DNA of 63,777 nucleotides, counting the filler, from Circinaria calcarea (Eukaryota), in the NCBI GenBank assembly GCA_051942165.1. It is 13 parts of 13 records of this genome, joined end to end, with 100 filler letters (N's around TTAATTAATTAA, not from the genome) between each part and the next. Parts side by side here need not be neighbours in the genome. Positions count along the whole stretch, not along the records: positions 1 to 4,827 come from JAVECS010002159.1; positions 4,928 to 9,753 come from JAVECS010002160.1; positions 9,854 to 14,675 come from JAVECS010002161.1; 10 more parts are not named here. One strand, written 5' to 3'. Shown piece by piece: positions 1 through 12,860 of this stretch (positions within the stretch are counted from its first letter, which is position 1; every line of letters starts with the position of its first letter). The translations under genes and the position numbers were made by a program. Below the pieces are notes generated by a model, which had not been told where the DNA came from, did not search any database, and saw only the letters and a list, made by a program, of their open reading frames with translations.

Positions 1-1040
1 AGGGAGAAAGGGCCGGGGGAAGGCAAAGGGATGGGGAAAGAGACCTGGAGAAGATGTCTCCGAGAAAGGCGTTGTCATTAGCAATCACAGGGGGTTTGAA
101 TGTCGTCTGAGCTTGTGCGTAGTGCTTGAAGGCTGTTGGCCCGCTGGACTCGGTGGCAGACATCTTTTGCACTTGGATGGAGTTGCTCTGGCTTCTTTGC
201 TGATCAGGTGCTCATCGTTAGCAGACAGTCTCGAAGACAGGGATGGATAGGTAGAGTGAGGAGATGGGGATAGAGGGGAAGGTATCTGCATACAATGCCT
301 ATGTAATCTTCCCTGATGAGTTCTGGCAGATGGAACTGGAGATATGAAAAGGCCGATCAAATCGAACGAGTTTGTGACGGTGCGAGGAGGTTGACAGAAT
401 ATATAGGGAGGGGCAGGACGTGAGTTGGTTCTCGCATGTCAAGAGAGCCCCACCGGTGCCCCTCGATTAGTGCTGTTTCAATTAGTTGCCGTTGATGAAG
501 GTCGGTTAAGTATATGGATTCGTTGTCTCCAACGAGCGTAGCGCCACTGAAGAGCATGGATTGCTCATTGAAAACCGAAGGTTTATATGTAGGCGTCCGA
601 AGGGGTTCAAGATATTCATATAATTGGGCATAACTCTTTCCCTCTAGACCCGGAGAAGAATACCGCCATGCCGTTTTCTTGTCGTGGGAAAAGATGTCTC
701 GGTCGGGTTAGAGGCTAATCTTACCGTAGTCTGTAAAGGGTTAAGACGATAATAATCACTTGTATGGACCCCTCGAGGGCTTTCATAGGTACTGCACGTG
801 TTTTTAATCTTTAATTTCGCGCCGCAGGATTAGATTAACGCAGGCATTATGGATAATTGAAAAGATTAGCTCTAAGAACTATATTGGGATTGCAAATTCC
901 CGAAAAGCGTACAGTTTTCGGAGAATGTTATACAGGCGCGGAACAACCATACTCCAAGCCCATAGAATACACTGCCATCAAGTAACCGGGCCTAGCCTTA
1001 CATAGCTCCATTATTATTTTACAACTGAGCTATATTGTAT

Positions 1041-1290
1041 TAATGAACCTCTTGTGGCCAATATGTGAGCATAGATTCTACGCCAACAAGATACGCCTAC
1101 CACCCAGACTTTACGACATCTGGCTTAGTATCGGTGCCGGGGCTGCCGTGTATAATAAACTTCTAACAAAAAACACCTACACCTCCTAATTAGTGAACCT
1201 TTTCTGGCCAATACGGAGGGGCGGATTCTGACCTTTACGCTATTAGGCCTAAGGTATCGGTGTCGGGCTCCCGTATATATGATAAACCCC
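1041..1290. repeat. Degenerate ~150-bp direct duplication
   Basis: tgaacct..tggccaata..gattct..ctttacg..gtatcggtg(c/t)cggg..ccgt.tata..ataaac occurs twice, at ~1044-1160 and ~1194-1287. Confidence 0.55.
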
Positions 1291-1475
1291 TTATAAACAT
1301 TAGCTAAACCCCCCGACTACCACAATATCTCACAGCAAAGTCCAGATCTTCGAGTGTCAAAGACTTGCAACCCTCCATAACCTTCTCATCTCGCTTGACC
1401 ACCTCATCTCACCCGACAGCCTGGTCTCTCTTGACCAGACCATTTCTTATAAGTGATCAGCATTTGCTCAATACC

Positions 1476-1790
1476 ATGGTTGTATTGAATGTGGAGGTTC
1501 GAGTACTCTCAGAGGAGATAGCCCAGTTTTATGAGAGCAATGGGCTATTCTCTCCTATCATTGGCAATAAAAGGAAAATATTAACCTCAACCATATCGCC
1601 TCCGTCTCCCCATGTATCATCGGCAGAATCCTCTTTAGCAAATAACCCAACCTTTGAAGCCACTTCTCTCTCTGAGGAAATCCCTCAGATTGAGATACCC
1701 GTCAGTCTCCAGAGCATGGAGACTTTTATGTTTTTAGGTTTCACGAAAACCAAGTCGGAGGAACTAGGATGAGGATAAGAATGGGGGACT
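1476..1790 (+). pseudogene. Possible degraded hypothetical fungal protein
   Basis: Protein-like frame MVVLNVEVRVL...IPVSLQSMETFMFLGFTKTKSEELG ends in clustered stops. No family assigned. Confidence 0.25.
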
Positions 1791-4004
1791 GTAGGGGCAG
1801 AAATAAGAAGGAGGAGGGTGTCAGAAACTCCGAGCGGAGACGAGAGTTAAAAGGGCCGGGAGGGGTTTTGGGGTTCACTGCCCAGTTCTACGCTGGACTT
1901 TGACGGGAGTGCAAGTATCATGCAAATTCTGATGGAATTGCCATTTTGCTACCTATTGCTCAAAGGTGGGCTTTAAGGCTTCTACACCTTAGCTCGCTAG
2001 CTCACCTGCTCCTTCTTTCGCATGACAGGGATATAAGCTGCAGTTGTGACCAAGGGTAAACACTACTATTGCTTTTGGATACAAGATCTTTCCTTAAGAA
2101 GGAAATACCCGAGATGAACCAAAGAGGGAAAGGAGGAGGGTTTTCTTTTGTAGATGATACGCTTGAGAGAATATGGGAATCCGAAATTCTCCACCGCTTC
2201 AAAAAAAATTTCTAGTACATATCGACATGGGAAGGAAGGAAGGGGGGGCGGGTGAAATAAAACGCATATCAAAATCGAAGTTTAATCTTCCACGCGTACT
2301 CTTTCATACCCGTATGGTATCCAGGTAATCCCCTGAGAGATTCTCCCCGTATGGTAGGTACTGCGGCCCATCGCCATCACCATCGCCATTTTTGCTCGCG
2401 AACACGTCCCTCATTTCCGGAGGAGAAGAAAATCGTCACGGTTCTCCTTTCCCCACCCATGCGGCTTTTGCTTTTGCTTTCTCCTATCTTCGCCTTGCCG
2501 GTAAGCCATGATCCGATAAACGACCTTTAGTTACCCCCGCTTTCCCCCCCGAGCACTCAGATATACTTTCTACATTACGCTTCTGACACGTTCGATAGAC
2601 TTTAGTTGCCCTTTTTGCTAGTTCACGGAGGCTAAATCTTCATACCCTTCCACCCTCCCCTGAAGACTCAGCGTCGTCCATGCCACCAAGGTGAAAATGA
2701 AGAGTGTCGCAAACCACTTATTCCGTGGGATATGGTAGATTCTGTTCCCCATTATATATCCCGAGGAGAAGACGGGCTCGAAGGGGTGAAACATATGCCG
2801 GCGGCCAGGAAGGCGCGAGTCCACTTCCAACGGGGGCCAAGGAATAAAAATCAAAAATTAAAGGAATAATCGCGGGGCTGCGAGCAAGATTTTCAATAAC
2901 TGATGGGGGACAAGGGGGACTGTATTTCTCTTATCTTCTGATTTCGAAACTGATTTTATCTAATTTTCTCCACGGGGTTGGAGCCAGTAAGCTTTCGGTT
3001 TCTCTAACTAAAAAAGCAAGATGGTAAGCGAAGTGAGGACGAACGTCTCGCGAGATTTGTAATAATCAGGAAACCGGGAATTTGATTAAAGTACGTACCT
3101 AGTCAGCTTATAACAAACATGTAAATATGGACACGGGAGGGTGTTGAGTACTCTTTTCAGGAGGAAAAGGAAAAGCATTTAACGCACGGCGTTCCCGAGA
3201 GAGTGTTGGGGATGGAGAGACTTGGCCGATTTAGATACTGGAGATTATTCGGGAAACTAAAAAAGAAGGAGAATTAGGCTAATACAGTCTTAAAAGGGGT
3301 TAACTTAATATAACAGCTCGTACCTGCTTTTATATTCTTTCCTCCGGCACTCGGCGCCTGATTTCTTTTCCCTCATTCTTAATTCTCCGACCAAAGGAAA
3401 GTACAGGCCGGGCCAGACCCCAGAGCAAACCCGCCACATTTTTTGCTTTTTTGCTTTTTTCTTTTTTTCTTTTTTTCTTTCTTCCTTTCTCTTTTCCCCA
3501 CAAAACTTTCAAATCCCGAGAATAAAAACAACAATGGTCCGCCCCCCCCCAAATCCTCTTAATTCGTATTGCAATTATCCATCCCAACCACCCCTTCATG
3601 TATCCACCACTTTCCCTCGGTCCAGCATCCCAGCAATCAAAACTCCTAATCCCCTTCCCCTTCCCCCCCCCCCTCTTCCATCCGCGCTAGAGCTAGAGCT
3701 AACCTACCTCACTTACCTCCACTCAACCTCCCATCTCCCTACCTCCTGAAACCCAAAATCTCAAACCACTTCCCCTCTCCCTCCCCTCCCCCTGCCCCGG
3801 GCGATGCGTTCACCGAATCATCTCCTACTCTCTGGCCTTGTTTTGTACCTTGTACTCCCACCCAGCCTCCAGCCTCCACACTCGTCCTCCACACTCAACC
3901 TCATACCCCCTACGCCTCTCATCAAACCCCTCAACTATTTTCACCCGGCCCGGCGCGCGGGGACAGGAGTAAGTACCCTACCTTAAACATCCGATTTGAT
4001 TTAT

Positions 4005-4487
4005 CGGAAATATGCAATTTCATACCCCACCCCCAAATTTCAGGGGGTACCCCGAACAGCATATTACTGTTCGAAGGGTAATTAGCCTAAGAACCCGGCC
4101 GGAATAACAGGCTATTATAGTAAGTTCACTGTCGCGGTTTTCAGTGGGTCGCTGTCGCTGTCGCACTGGGTCGCAATGCCAGTATATCGCAATGCCAGTA
4201 TATCGCAATGCTACTATCGCAATACCACTAACGGCAGTGACCTCGGCGACAGTAACCTCTACAACAATAGGTCTTTGCGATAATACAACAGTGAGTCTTT
4301 ACGACAGTGACCTCTGCGACAGTAAGTCTTTGCGACAGTGACTACTTGCGACAGTGGGTCGGCAGTGATAGCGACCTTTAGCCGTGACCTTAATAATAGC
4401 CACCTTCCACTAACAGAAGGTCAATAACTAAAAATGTGGGGGTGGGGTATGAAATTGCAACTAGGGGTATGAAATTGCATATTTCCG
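4005..4487. mobile_element. Non-autonomous DNA transposon (MITE, Mutator-like by TSD length), 483 bp
   Basis: Perfect 24-bp TIR CGGAAATATGCAATTTCATACCCC (4005-4028 / 4464-4487). Exact 9-bp flanking direct repeat TTGATTTAT (3996-4004 / 4488-4496). Internal GCGACAGTG and TCGCAATGCCAGTATA sub-repeats; no transposase. Confidence 0.9.
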
Positions 4488-4827
4488 TTGATTTATCCGT
4501 ATAGTTAATAATTTCCCCTTCCTTGACCTCGTCCTCGTCCTCGTCCTCCGCCTCCTCGTCCTCCTCCTACCCAACGAGAGCCAAATAGATCCTCAGCCCT
4601 GTTTACTCTGTTTACCCTCTTCCCCCTTTTTTCATTTTTTTCTTTTCCCCCTTTTTCATTTATCCTAAGGGGGGAGGGAAGTGGGGCAGCAGGGCAGCAA
4701 GATAATCAAAAAAACATCTCCTCTCCTTGCTACCGCTACCGCTAGCGCTAACAGCTACCGCTACCGCTCTAGCTACCTTGGATACCTAGACCGGGGGCCC
4801 ATTGTGCGGATTGAGTTGGGTTTGGGG

Positions 4828-4927
4828 NNNNNNNNNNNNNNNNNNNNNNNNNNNNNNNNNNNNNNNNNNNNTTAATTAATTAANNNNNNNNNNNNNNNNN
4901 NNNNNNNNNNNNNNNNNNNNNNNNNNN
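4828..4927. other. Artificial contig linker N44-TTAATTAATTAA-N44. Same linker at 9754-9853, 14676-14775, 19595-19694, 24512-24611, 29428-29527, 34343-34442, 39254-39353, 44164-44263, 49070-49169, 53973-54072, 58876-58975
   Basis: Identical 100-nt block with stops in all frames recurs every ~4.9 kb. Segment lengths fall from 4827 to 4802. Genes are cut off at the linkers. Confidence 0.99.
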
Positions 4928-4938
4928 GTTGTAATAAG

Positions 4939-5589
4939 ATATCATTCTCAGTCGCCGGAGGCCTTGTTCACGCATATTCCAGGTCTGAGAGTAGTGATGC
5001 CTCGGTCACCTGCACAAGCAAAGGGGCTCCTCTTGGCTGCCATAGCATGCAATGACCCAGTAATATTCATGGAACCCAAGACCCTCTATCGCGCTGCTGT
5101 AGAGCAAGTTCCGACTGAAGCTTACGAAATTCCACTCTCGAAAGCTGAGATTCTCAAAGAAGGTAAAGATCTGACCGTCATCTCTTACGGTCATCCGTTG
5201 TACACCTGCTCGGCGGCAATTCAGGCTGCGGAGAAGGACTTTGATATCAATGTCGAATTGATAGATCTGCGGACGCTGTACCCTTGGGATAGGTCCGCTG
5301 TCTTGGCTAGTGTACAAAAGACAGGCAGAGCGATTGTAGTACATGAAAGCATGGTGAATGCAGGAGTCGGAGCGGAGGTGGCCGCTACCATACAAGAAGG
5401 TGCATTTCTGAAACTAGAGGCTCCTGTACAAAGAGTGGCGGGATGGAGTACACACATGGGGCTTGTGTACGAAAGGTTCAATATCCCAGATGTAACAAGT
5501 AAGTCGCCCAACACCCCTCCTTATATTCACTGATACTGATTGTGCTTGAAGGAGTCTATGACGCTATTAAATGTACAGTAGAATTCTGA
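4939..5589 (+). CDS. BCKDHB: Branched-chain 2-oxoacid dehydrogenase E1 beta subunit, 3' part (5' cut by contig edge)
   Basis: YHSQSPEALFTHIPGLRVVMPRSP, FMEPKTLYR, ELIDLRTLYPWD, LEAPVQRVAGW. Intron 5499-5551 (gtaagt..gaag); last exon RVYDAIKCTVEF*. Confidence 0.93.
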
Positions 5590-6881
5590 CCTTAGCATCC
5601 CACCGTCTCATACTGCGCCTACGTCACGCCTGTCTCAGGCATTTTCATGTTCCTTAATGCCTTCACCACCTAATTAATGGGTCTTCTTCGAACTCTAAGT
5701 TGTCTGTTTTCCTGGCATGTCCAGCAAGCATAGTACGGCGACGGGACTCGGTAACAAAGTGCGTAGGAAGTTTGAAGCAAATGTTGGTCTTTCGAGCCCA
5801 ATTTCTACTTTTTATAGGCTGCTCATCAACTAACCATTCCGAGAAGTCAATAGTATGATCGGTCAGAGTTGGAAACATGATATTTAAGGCTTGAAAAAGT
5901 AGACGTCATGTCCATCAAAACTGCTAATATTCCTAAGACGAATACGAGCAAAGCAAAACATTATTGAATGGATATAGTTCCGCCGGAACTCCGTTCCAAT
6001 TCAACCAACCCAGTCATACAGCTGACACATAGAATTGTAACCATTCTCACCGTACAAGATCCGAAGATCCATTTTCTATATTTATTTAAAAGTGGAAAGA
6101 ACGGCAGGATACAAGCCGCGTCCAAGTGGTACCTGTAGATTAGGAAGAGTGACGGAGTCGAATATCATACGATCAGCTTTGAGAAGTTGCGGAAGATCCG
6201 CTGACGGAGATCACGGGGGAGAGAGTTATGTAGTGAAGGGGAAACGTACGCGCTGAGAGACCTGCTGAACGTTTTAGCTACTCTTCCAGCAGGCCAATAT
6301 AGAATCATACAATCTCTGTTGCTCCATATCACCATAACCAGCTAAACTAGCCACTTTATCCACAAGCAAGATCCAAGTTGTTCTAGCACTAGTTGCTAGC
6401 TAGAAATTGCACACATTGGAGTAGGAAATCATTCGTAGGGGTATATATGATGCTGAGTTCATGCCGTTTTCAGCAATGTAGCATATCCAAGATTGTTGTT
6501 GATTGTGTTAGTGTGGATTGAAGGCTCCACAATAGCAGAAGCTTGCACACTTCGACGAGAAGCGAGGCCTAATTGTAGTGGTGGTGATCTTGTAGCTGAT
6601 CAATAAGAAGCGTGGAACAAAGGGGCCCAGCTATCCGAATGAGGGAAAAAAAATATGATCAACACGTCCAAAAAATTGGGTGGCTGGTAATGTTGAATAA
6701 TAGGTGTGTTGAGCTCCCACAATGACAAAATCGACTAGCCCCAAGAACCTCCTATAAAACCGACCATTGCTCTTCCTACCTTCTTCCTAAACTCCATACT
6801 CTCTCACTATCTTCTTCGATTTTCAACACGTCCCTCTACTTCAAACCAAACATCAATCAGCAAACCCAAGCAATAATAACA

Positions 6882-8935
6882 ATGTCTTGGTACGCACAAC
6901 AGTCTGGCGGAGTGGAAGTCTCAAAGTTCGAGGAGATTGCGGCGGTAAGTCAACACCCAATGGAAACATGAGCAAGACTGACATCGTGGATTAGAATATC
7001 AAACTGTACTCTGTTTGGATGGTCTTCATTTTCATGGCATTGACAATCGTGCGCCTCTGGGCACGAGAATTACCAGAATGGCTTGGGACCTGGGGAGATC
7101 TGGCCTCTAGCATGCTAGACACCGTCTCTGCAGCCTATATGAGAGACCAGGTCAAACTGGCCCTCGAGGAAGGAGAACAAAAGCTTGAAGATCAAGCTAG
7201 GCGATTGGCAGAAGAGCACATGGTAAATCCTGGCGTCTGGACACTTCCAGTATGTTGTACTAACACCATGTAGATGGAAATAGCGCGGCTCAATGCGCTG
7301 CATAAGAGCCAGATGCGAGAGAAGGGAGAGATGAGCCTTATGATCCAAGGCCATCTACGCCAAGCCCACCAAGATGAGCGCGACGATCTGATCACGCAGC
7401 TCAGCGAGTTACGTGTAAGAGCATCTGATCTGGGCCTTTTAAGGCTCCAATCCACAATGTGGTAACTGACAAGAGTATAGTGGAAGCAACGGGTGGATTG
7501 GTGCCCCCGATGCAGGATGCCAGCCCAGAAGCTGAAAACGGAAAATACGCGACGCGGGAAGCTCGAGGAGGCGCTCGAAGGCCCACCAAAACAACAAGGA
7601 GTGACCCCTGACGCCGTCCAACTGGGTCCACCTAAACAACAGCCCCTGAAATGCGCAAATTGTGAAAAGTACAAGGTCAAGATTGCTGACCTCCAACAGC
7701 AGAATAAGGGGATGGTGAAGGTGGTTGAAGCTGATGCTTCGGAGAGGGTAAAGAAAGCATCGGAATCCCATCTTAGGGAACTTCAAATTCAATACAAGAT
7801 GGAGCTAAGTTGCTCCAAAAAGAAGCTGATTGCAGAGGCGGACAAACAGACCAAAGCAGCAGTACGGAAAGCAAAGAAACTGTGTACTGTACGTCGACAA
7901 TGCAAAGGCAGGTTGACTCGGAGATCAGAGGACAGCATAGCAACGAGTGTCTACCAGAACCAGGCCACTGCACCTCTTCCATTTCACGCCCCTCCGCCGC
8001 TTCCATCTCACGCCCCTCCGCCACTGACGCATTCTACTATCTCGAACACCGTAACTTGGGCACCAGCATCATCGACTCAAGGCTTAGGTATGATGCCAAC
8101 GGGTGCTCCACCGGCTCAGATGGACGCGATTTCGAATCCCACACCACAGCCTAGAGCTCCTTTGTTAGCCAGCATGGGCCCATCACCGATACCTATCAAC
8201 TCCGCACCAGTGCGCAACCTCGCTCCCTCTATTGCCTCTAATCCGACTCCTTTGCAGGGAAGGAGCCGTCTACCCGGCCTTCTTGGCCATGCAATCATGT
8301 CTTCGGACCATCAACCTTCTGTAAGGGCAGCGCCTAGCCTACCTTCACCCGCGTTCGGAACTGCCAATGCCCCCTCCCAAGGTAACAACAATGGTGGACT
8401 TGGGCAGGGCTCGACGTCATCTGCTACCATACAGAATCTATCAGCTTCCCAACCTCAGCCGGCAGTAAATAAGCCGTCAACCTCAGGAGGCACACCACGA
8501 AAGCCCACTATCAAACTCCTAGTACGGAAGCCGATACCGTCGGGGACGGGCTCCATGACACAAGGAAATCCATTTTTCGACTGTCAGACAACATCTGCAG
8601 CATTGAAAAGGTTGGAGGAATGGCTTGGCAAGGGTGGTAATCGTGCGAATATGATAATCCGCTGGATGGATAATCCTATGAGCATTACCCAGAATGAGTA
8701 TGACAGGCTGCTACAGGACTGCAAACACATTAGGGAATATCTGGACTCGCAATCGACGACGGTACAAAAAGAGCTACTGAATCTCACCGCGCTTTACACA
8801 TTTGCAACATACTATGTGTACAACTTGTACAACCTCCCTCGAGGATTTCGCGAAACTCTCCCTCATCTCGACAAGCACGTTTTGAAACGAGGAGTTCATG
8901 AGCTGCGCCAGTGGGGCAGGCTGAGTGGGCGCTAA
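6882..8935 (+). CDS. Hypothetical multi-exon protein: N-terminal hydrophobic segment, coiled coil, Pro/Ser-rich middle, helical C-terminus
   Basis: TATAAAA upstream, ACAATG start. Three in-frame GT-AG introns (~6945-6994, ~7223-7273, ~7415-7480) link ORFs 7019, 7274 and 7493 (480 aa). No recognised family. Confidence 0.6.
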
Positions 8936-9596
8936 CAGCTCGCGCGCGTCTCTTTACCGAGGGGATTTGGATCATCGACATCCGAAACGCTACTCCACGC
9001 TTCACCATGTCCATTCGATGAAGATGGGGTGCAAACATCTGCAGCATAAAGAAATGTCAAGGACGTCAATTCTCTCACAGTTGCCAATTTGTATCGTTTC
9101 TTGTCGCTCGTTCTCGAGAAAGTCGCTCGTTTTGTCAGTGACACACCAATATCAAATCCCTTGCTGCGCAAGTACTCTTTTACTGGAAAGGCTCAATGCG
9201 CAGATATTCCATTCACTACTTCGCATCCTCGCAAAATGGTCTATTGTCCCAGAGACACAATGGGCAATGAAAAATAGCATCATGAACGATTGTCCGCATC
9301 ACGCAACCCCAAATCGCATACGTACCTAATTGCGTTGGGGAACTCGAACTACCGTCATTACAAACAACACGACACTACCAGAAGTTACTTCGATACATAC
9401 AAGCCTTACGCTCGTTGGAATGCCCACCCAATGATCTTCGACGAAAAACATAAGTACGGAAATTGTAAGGCGGCTAGACCAGCCAATACGTTCACGGAAG
9501 ACTTTCACTTATCCCAATAATTATTCTCCTCAACCTTCTTTCCAGCGATACAGCTCACCGTCCTCCAAGCCTATAAAGGTACCTCAAGATTCGGCC

Positions 9597-9753
9597 ATGA
9601 TGGGCTGCTGGGCGCATCGAGAAAAGCCTGAAAATGTGTCAGCGGAGCAGAAGTGGGACTACATTGTGAGTGTCGTCTCATCCTACCCCGAAGAAGCCTT
9701 ACTCACTACTGTGCTAGAACTTGTCGGACTTCAGCTCTACCTCATGCGTCACC
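9597..9753 (+). CDS. Kch1/Prm6-family low-affinity potassium transporter, 5' fragment
   Basis: MMGCWAHREKPENVSAEQKWDYI | intron gtgagt..ctag | NLSDFSSTSC resembles the EQKWDYINLxDF N-terminus of Pezizomycotina Kch proteins. Confidence 0.65.
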
Positions 9754-10414
9754 NNNNNNNNNNNNNNNNNNNNNNNNNNNNNNNNNNNNNNNNNNNNTTA
9801 ATTAATTAANNNNNNNNNNNNNNNNNNNNNNNNNNNNNNNNNNNNNNNNNNNNCCTCCCCCAAATTTCCCCAATCTTCCCCTCTCACCCCCTCAAGTATC
9901 AGAACTATAGTGACGAAACTTCCCATCTCCATCTCGCTCGAGCTAAGAGTTTATAAAACAGAAAAATTCCATGATAATAATTTAACAACGGTAATTTTCC
10001 GGGGTTTCCGGGATTTCCGGGGTGAGGTTTAGAAAGATAGGAAGGATCAGATAGGATCGGATTGGTAGGTTGGGATTGGTTGGGAATAGATTTATGGGAG
10101 GGGGAAGGAGAAGGGGAAAAGAGGGGCAGTATCGAATTCAGATCTCAGACGTCACGGGTATCAAACGAGGTAGGTAGGTGGGATATTTGTATAGAACGGA
10201 GCTATATCAATCCATTACTAGATTTCTGGGTTTGGTTGGCAGGTTAGACGAGTAAGACATTGGTAGCAAAGGGAGGGAGATCGCTTGATTAGATCAATGT
10301 ACAAGGGGTCCAGAAAACTTTAGTGATACAGGAATAGATGTCTGAATTATTTCTCCAAGGGAGAAAATGGATCCCTTGCTCACCGGCTCTTTCAGACAAA
10401 TGAGCTCCATAAGC

Positions 10415-12057
10415 TTACCTCTCCTTCAGCGTAATCCGACACGGAAACCCATCCACCGGTTTTGCGCTCCCTTGCAACGTCTGATACGCCCTCTCCCCAT
10501 ACGCCGTCCGCGGCCCCTTCTTCGGATGCAACCGATCCCACGTTTCGAAATCCGCTCGCACATCAAAGGTTCTCACGCTCATCGCCATAATCAATTTGAT
10601 CTCCAACGTGGCCAGTTCCTGCCCGATGCAATTCCGGGGGCCGAACTCAAAGGGACGGTAAGCACCTTTGATAGGGTACAGTGGGTCGCCTTCGAGAACG
10701 AGCCAGCGCTCCGGTATAAAGGTGTCTGGATGGGGCCAATAGCGAGGGTCCCGACCCATAGCGTGATGAATGGACCAGACCATGAACCCTTCGGTGGGGT
10801 ATTGTTGGCCGTTGACGTTGATAGAGAAACCTTTTTCACCACCTCGGACGCTTGATGCGGGAGGGAATAGACGGAGGACTTCTTTGATGACGCCGACAGT
10901 GTAGGGGATCTTACTGAGGAGATGGGGGTCGGCCGAAACGAGCGATGCTGTTTTGGTTGGATCGGGACCAAAGACTTCGTCATGCTCGGCGCAGACTTTG
11001 GCATGTGCTTCGGGATGGGTGGAGAGCATATGGTAACAGTAGCAAATAGTGCTACTTGAAGTGTCATGACCCGCGAAGAGGAAGATTTTCATTTGGCTCA
11101 TGGCGTATTCTTTGAACGTAGGGTCGAGACCGCGATTGATGGACTTTCCGTGGCTCTGCTCTGCATTGAAGGTGTCTAGAGCCAAGTCAATGATAGGTTT
11201 GCTGCGCTTGGCTTTGGTTGCTTGTTTGGCTCCCTGATGTATTACAAAGCGTTCCTCTAATACCCGAGAAAGATAACGATCCATGCGGCGAGCATAATAC
11301 CGGTGCATTAACGTCCCTTGACCAGGCACATCAGTAATCTTAGCTGAATATTAACCCACCACAGCCAACTCACAGGACAAGTTTCCCAATGATATCCACA
11401 GTAAGCTTTGTAGTCACTTCTTCCAACTGGAACGTATCCCCTTTGGTGGCGTGTTCGCGAAGGATGTCACAGTACGTCAAAGTGTCTTCGACGATCCTGG
11501 GAACCAGAGTCATCAGATGGCCTACGTTGAAACCAGGGTTGAAGATTCCTCTCCAGTACTTCCAGTCTTGGCCCTCCATAGTGAGCAAGTTCTTGGGCCC
11601 AACCAGTGGATGTATGTATTGGCCTACCGATTCACATTTTGGCAAGGGATGTTCTTGTGTCATTTGATAACAAGCATCCGGGGATCCAACAATCAGCATC
11701 TGCCGTTGAACCGGCCACAGATCAAGGTAGTATACTGGAGGAAGATCAGGATTCGCCCGTCTCAAAGCATCCGGAAACCAATGACCGTGAATGTCAGGCG
11801 GGAGCTTGGACAAGGCGTTGCCGAGAGCAAGGATGTGGCCGGTGAAAGGGCTCCATGGAAGCATTGGCTATTCCAGGTAAGCATTATCAATCAAATAGGT
11901 GCTACGAAACCTTTACTAGCTCCTGCTTCCGTAGAGATCGAAATATACCGCGCTTCCTGTAGAACTTCCTTAGAAAGTTTGCAACGAAACCTCCCAACAA
12001 GATGAGAAATGCAAAGAGAGTTGGTCGAGCCCCGAGTAGGGACGTATCTACGGCCAT
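10415..12057 (-). CDS. Cytochrome P450 monooxygenase, 3 exons; exon 2/3 junction appears out of frame (possible pseudogene)
   Basis: N-terminal anchor MAVDTSLLGARPTLFAFLILLGG, I-helix FAGHDTSS, K-helix EVLR, PERW, heme motif FEFGPRNCIG. Confidence 0.92.
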
Positions 12058-12860
12058 GATGGCGGGTGATAATAGTACTGAATGGAATGGAGGCTTGCGC
12101 TCCTAATAGACAGTGTCTCAATGACAACGCGTATCTTTATCCGTAAATGAAGAATACAGTTGTTGAATGCTTTGATTGGGGGGGAAGCATGATACTCGAA
12201 AGACTGGAGCCAATGGAGTTTGATAACAAAACAAAGAGATGAGCGCTGCACTTTATCGAAGGTGCAGTTGGTTACTTGGATCTAAAGGCCGAACCCCAAG
12301 CCACTAGTGAGCGGCGTAGTCTGTCAGTACGGCCGGTTGCTTTTGTTGGTCGAACATCCTGAATACAGAAGTGAAACCAGAGACTTCAACCTAAAAGCGC
12401 CAGAGGATCAAGTGGCTTGTACTATGGTCGCTCGGCGCTAAAATCATTAAAATCCTTGCTCAAGCTATCATAACTACACTGAATTTTTTAAAGATATTCT
12501 CCTTTCTATTCTTCTTACTACAGTACTAGTATTCTACCGCTGGTATCATGAATTCACCACTGTTACATATCAGATATAACCGACGAAGCCCTTTCCAGAG
12601 TCTAAAATGGGCACTAATCTACTATGGTAGTAGTGTCGAGCTAACGCCAATTTCCCTTGCGACCACAGTACTTGTACCTCGGAGATACTGCTGATGGTTA
12701 CTTAAAGCCGATTGGTCAGATCTTTTTACTCCGCCGTTGAACCTCGGCATCTCGACCAACTGAACTCTGCTTAAGGATATAGAATAACTCCTACATGCTC
12801 ACTCTACCATATACAATTCATTGACCTCTCTTACCAACCCTACCGGCCCTCTTCGCATTC

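Noticed and set aside
85..3990. Short ORFs and homopolymer-rich tracts of contig 1
   Set aside because: Low complexity with no recognisable domains or consistent splice structure.
4828..4927. Periodic TTAATTAATTAA palindrome every ~4.9 kb
   Set aside because: Artificial N-padded linker. ORFs ending in X..LIN are artefacts of it.
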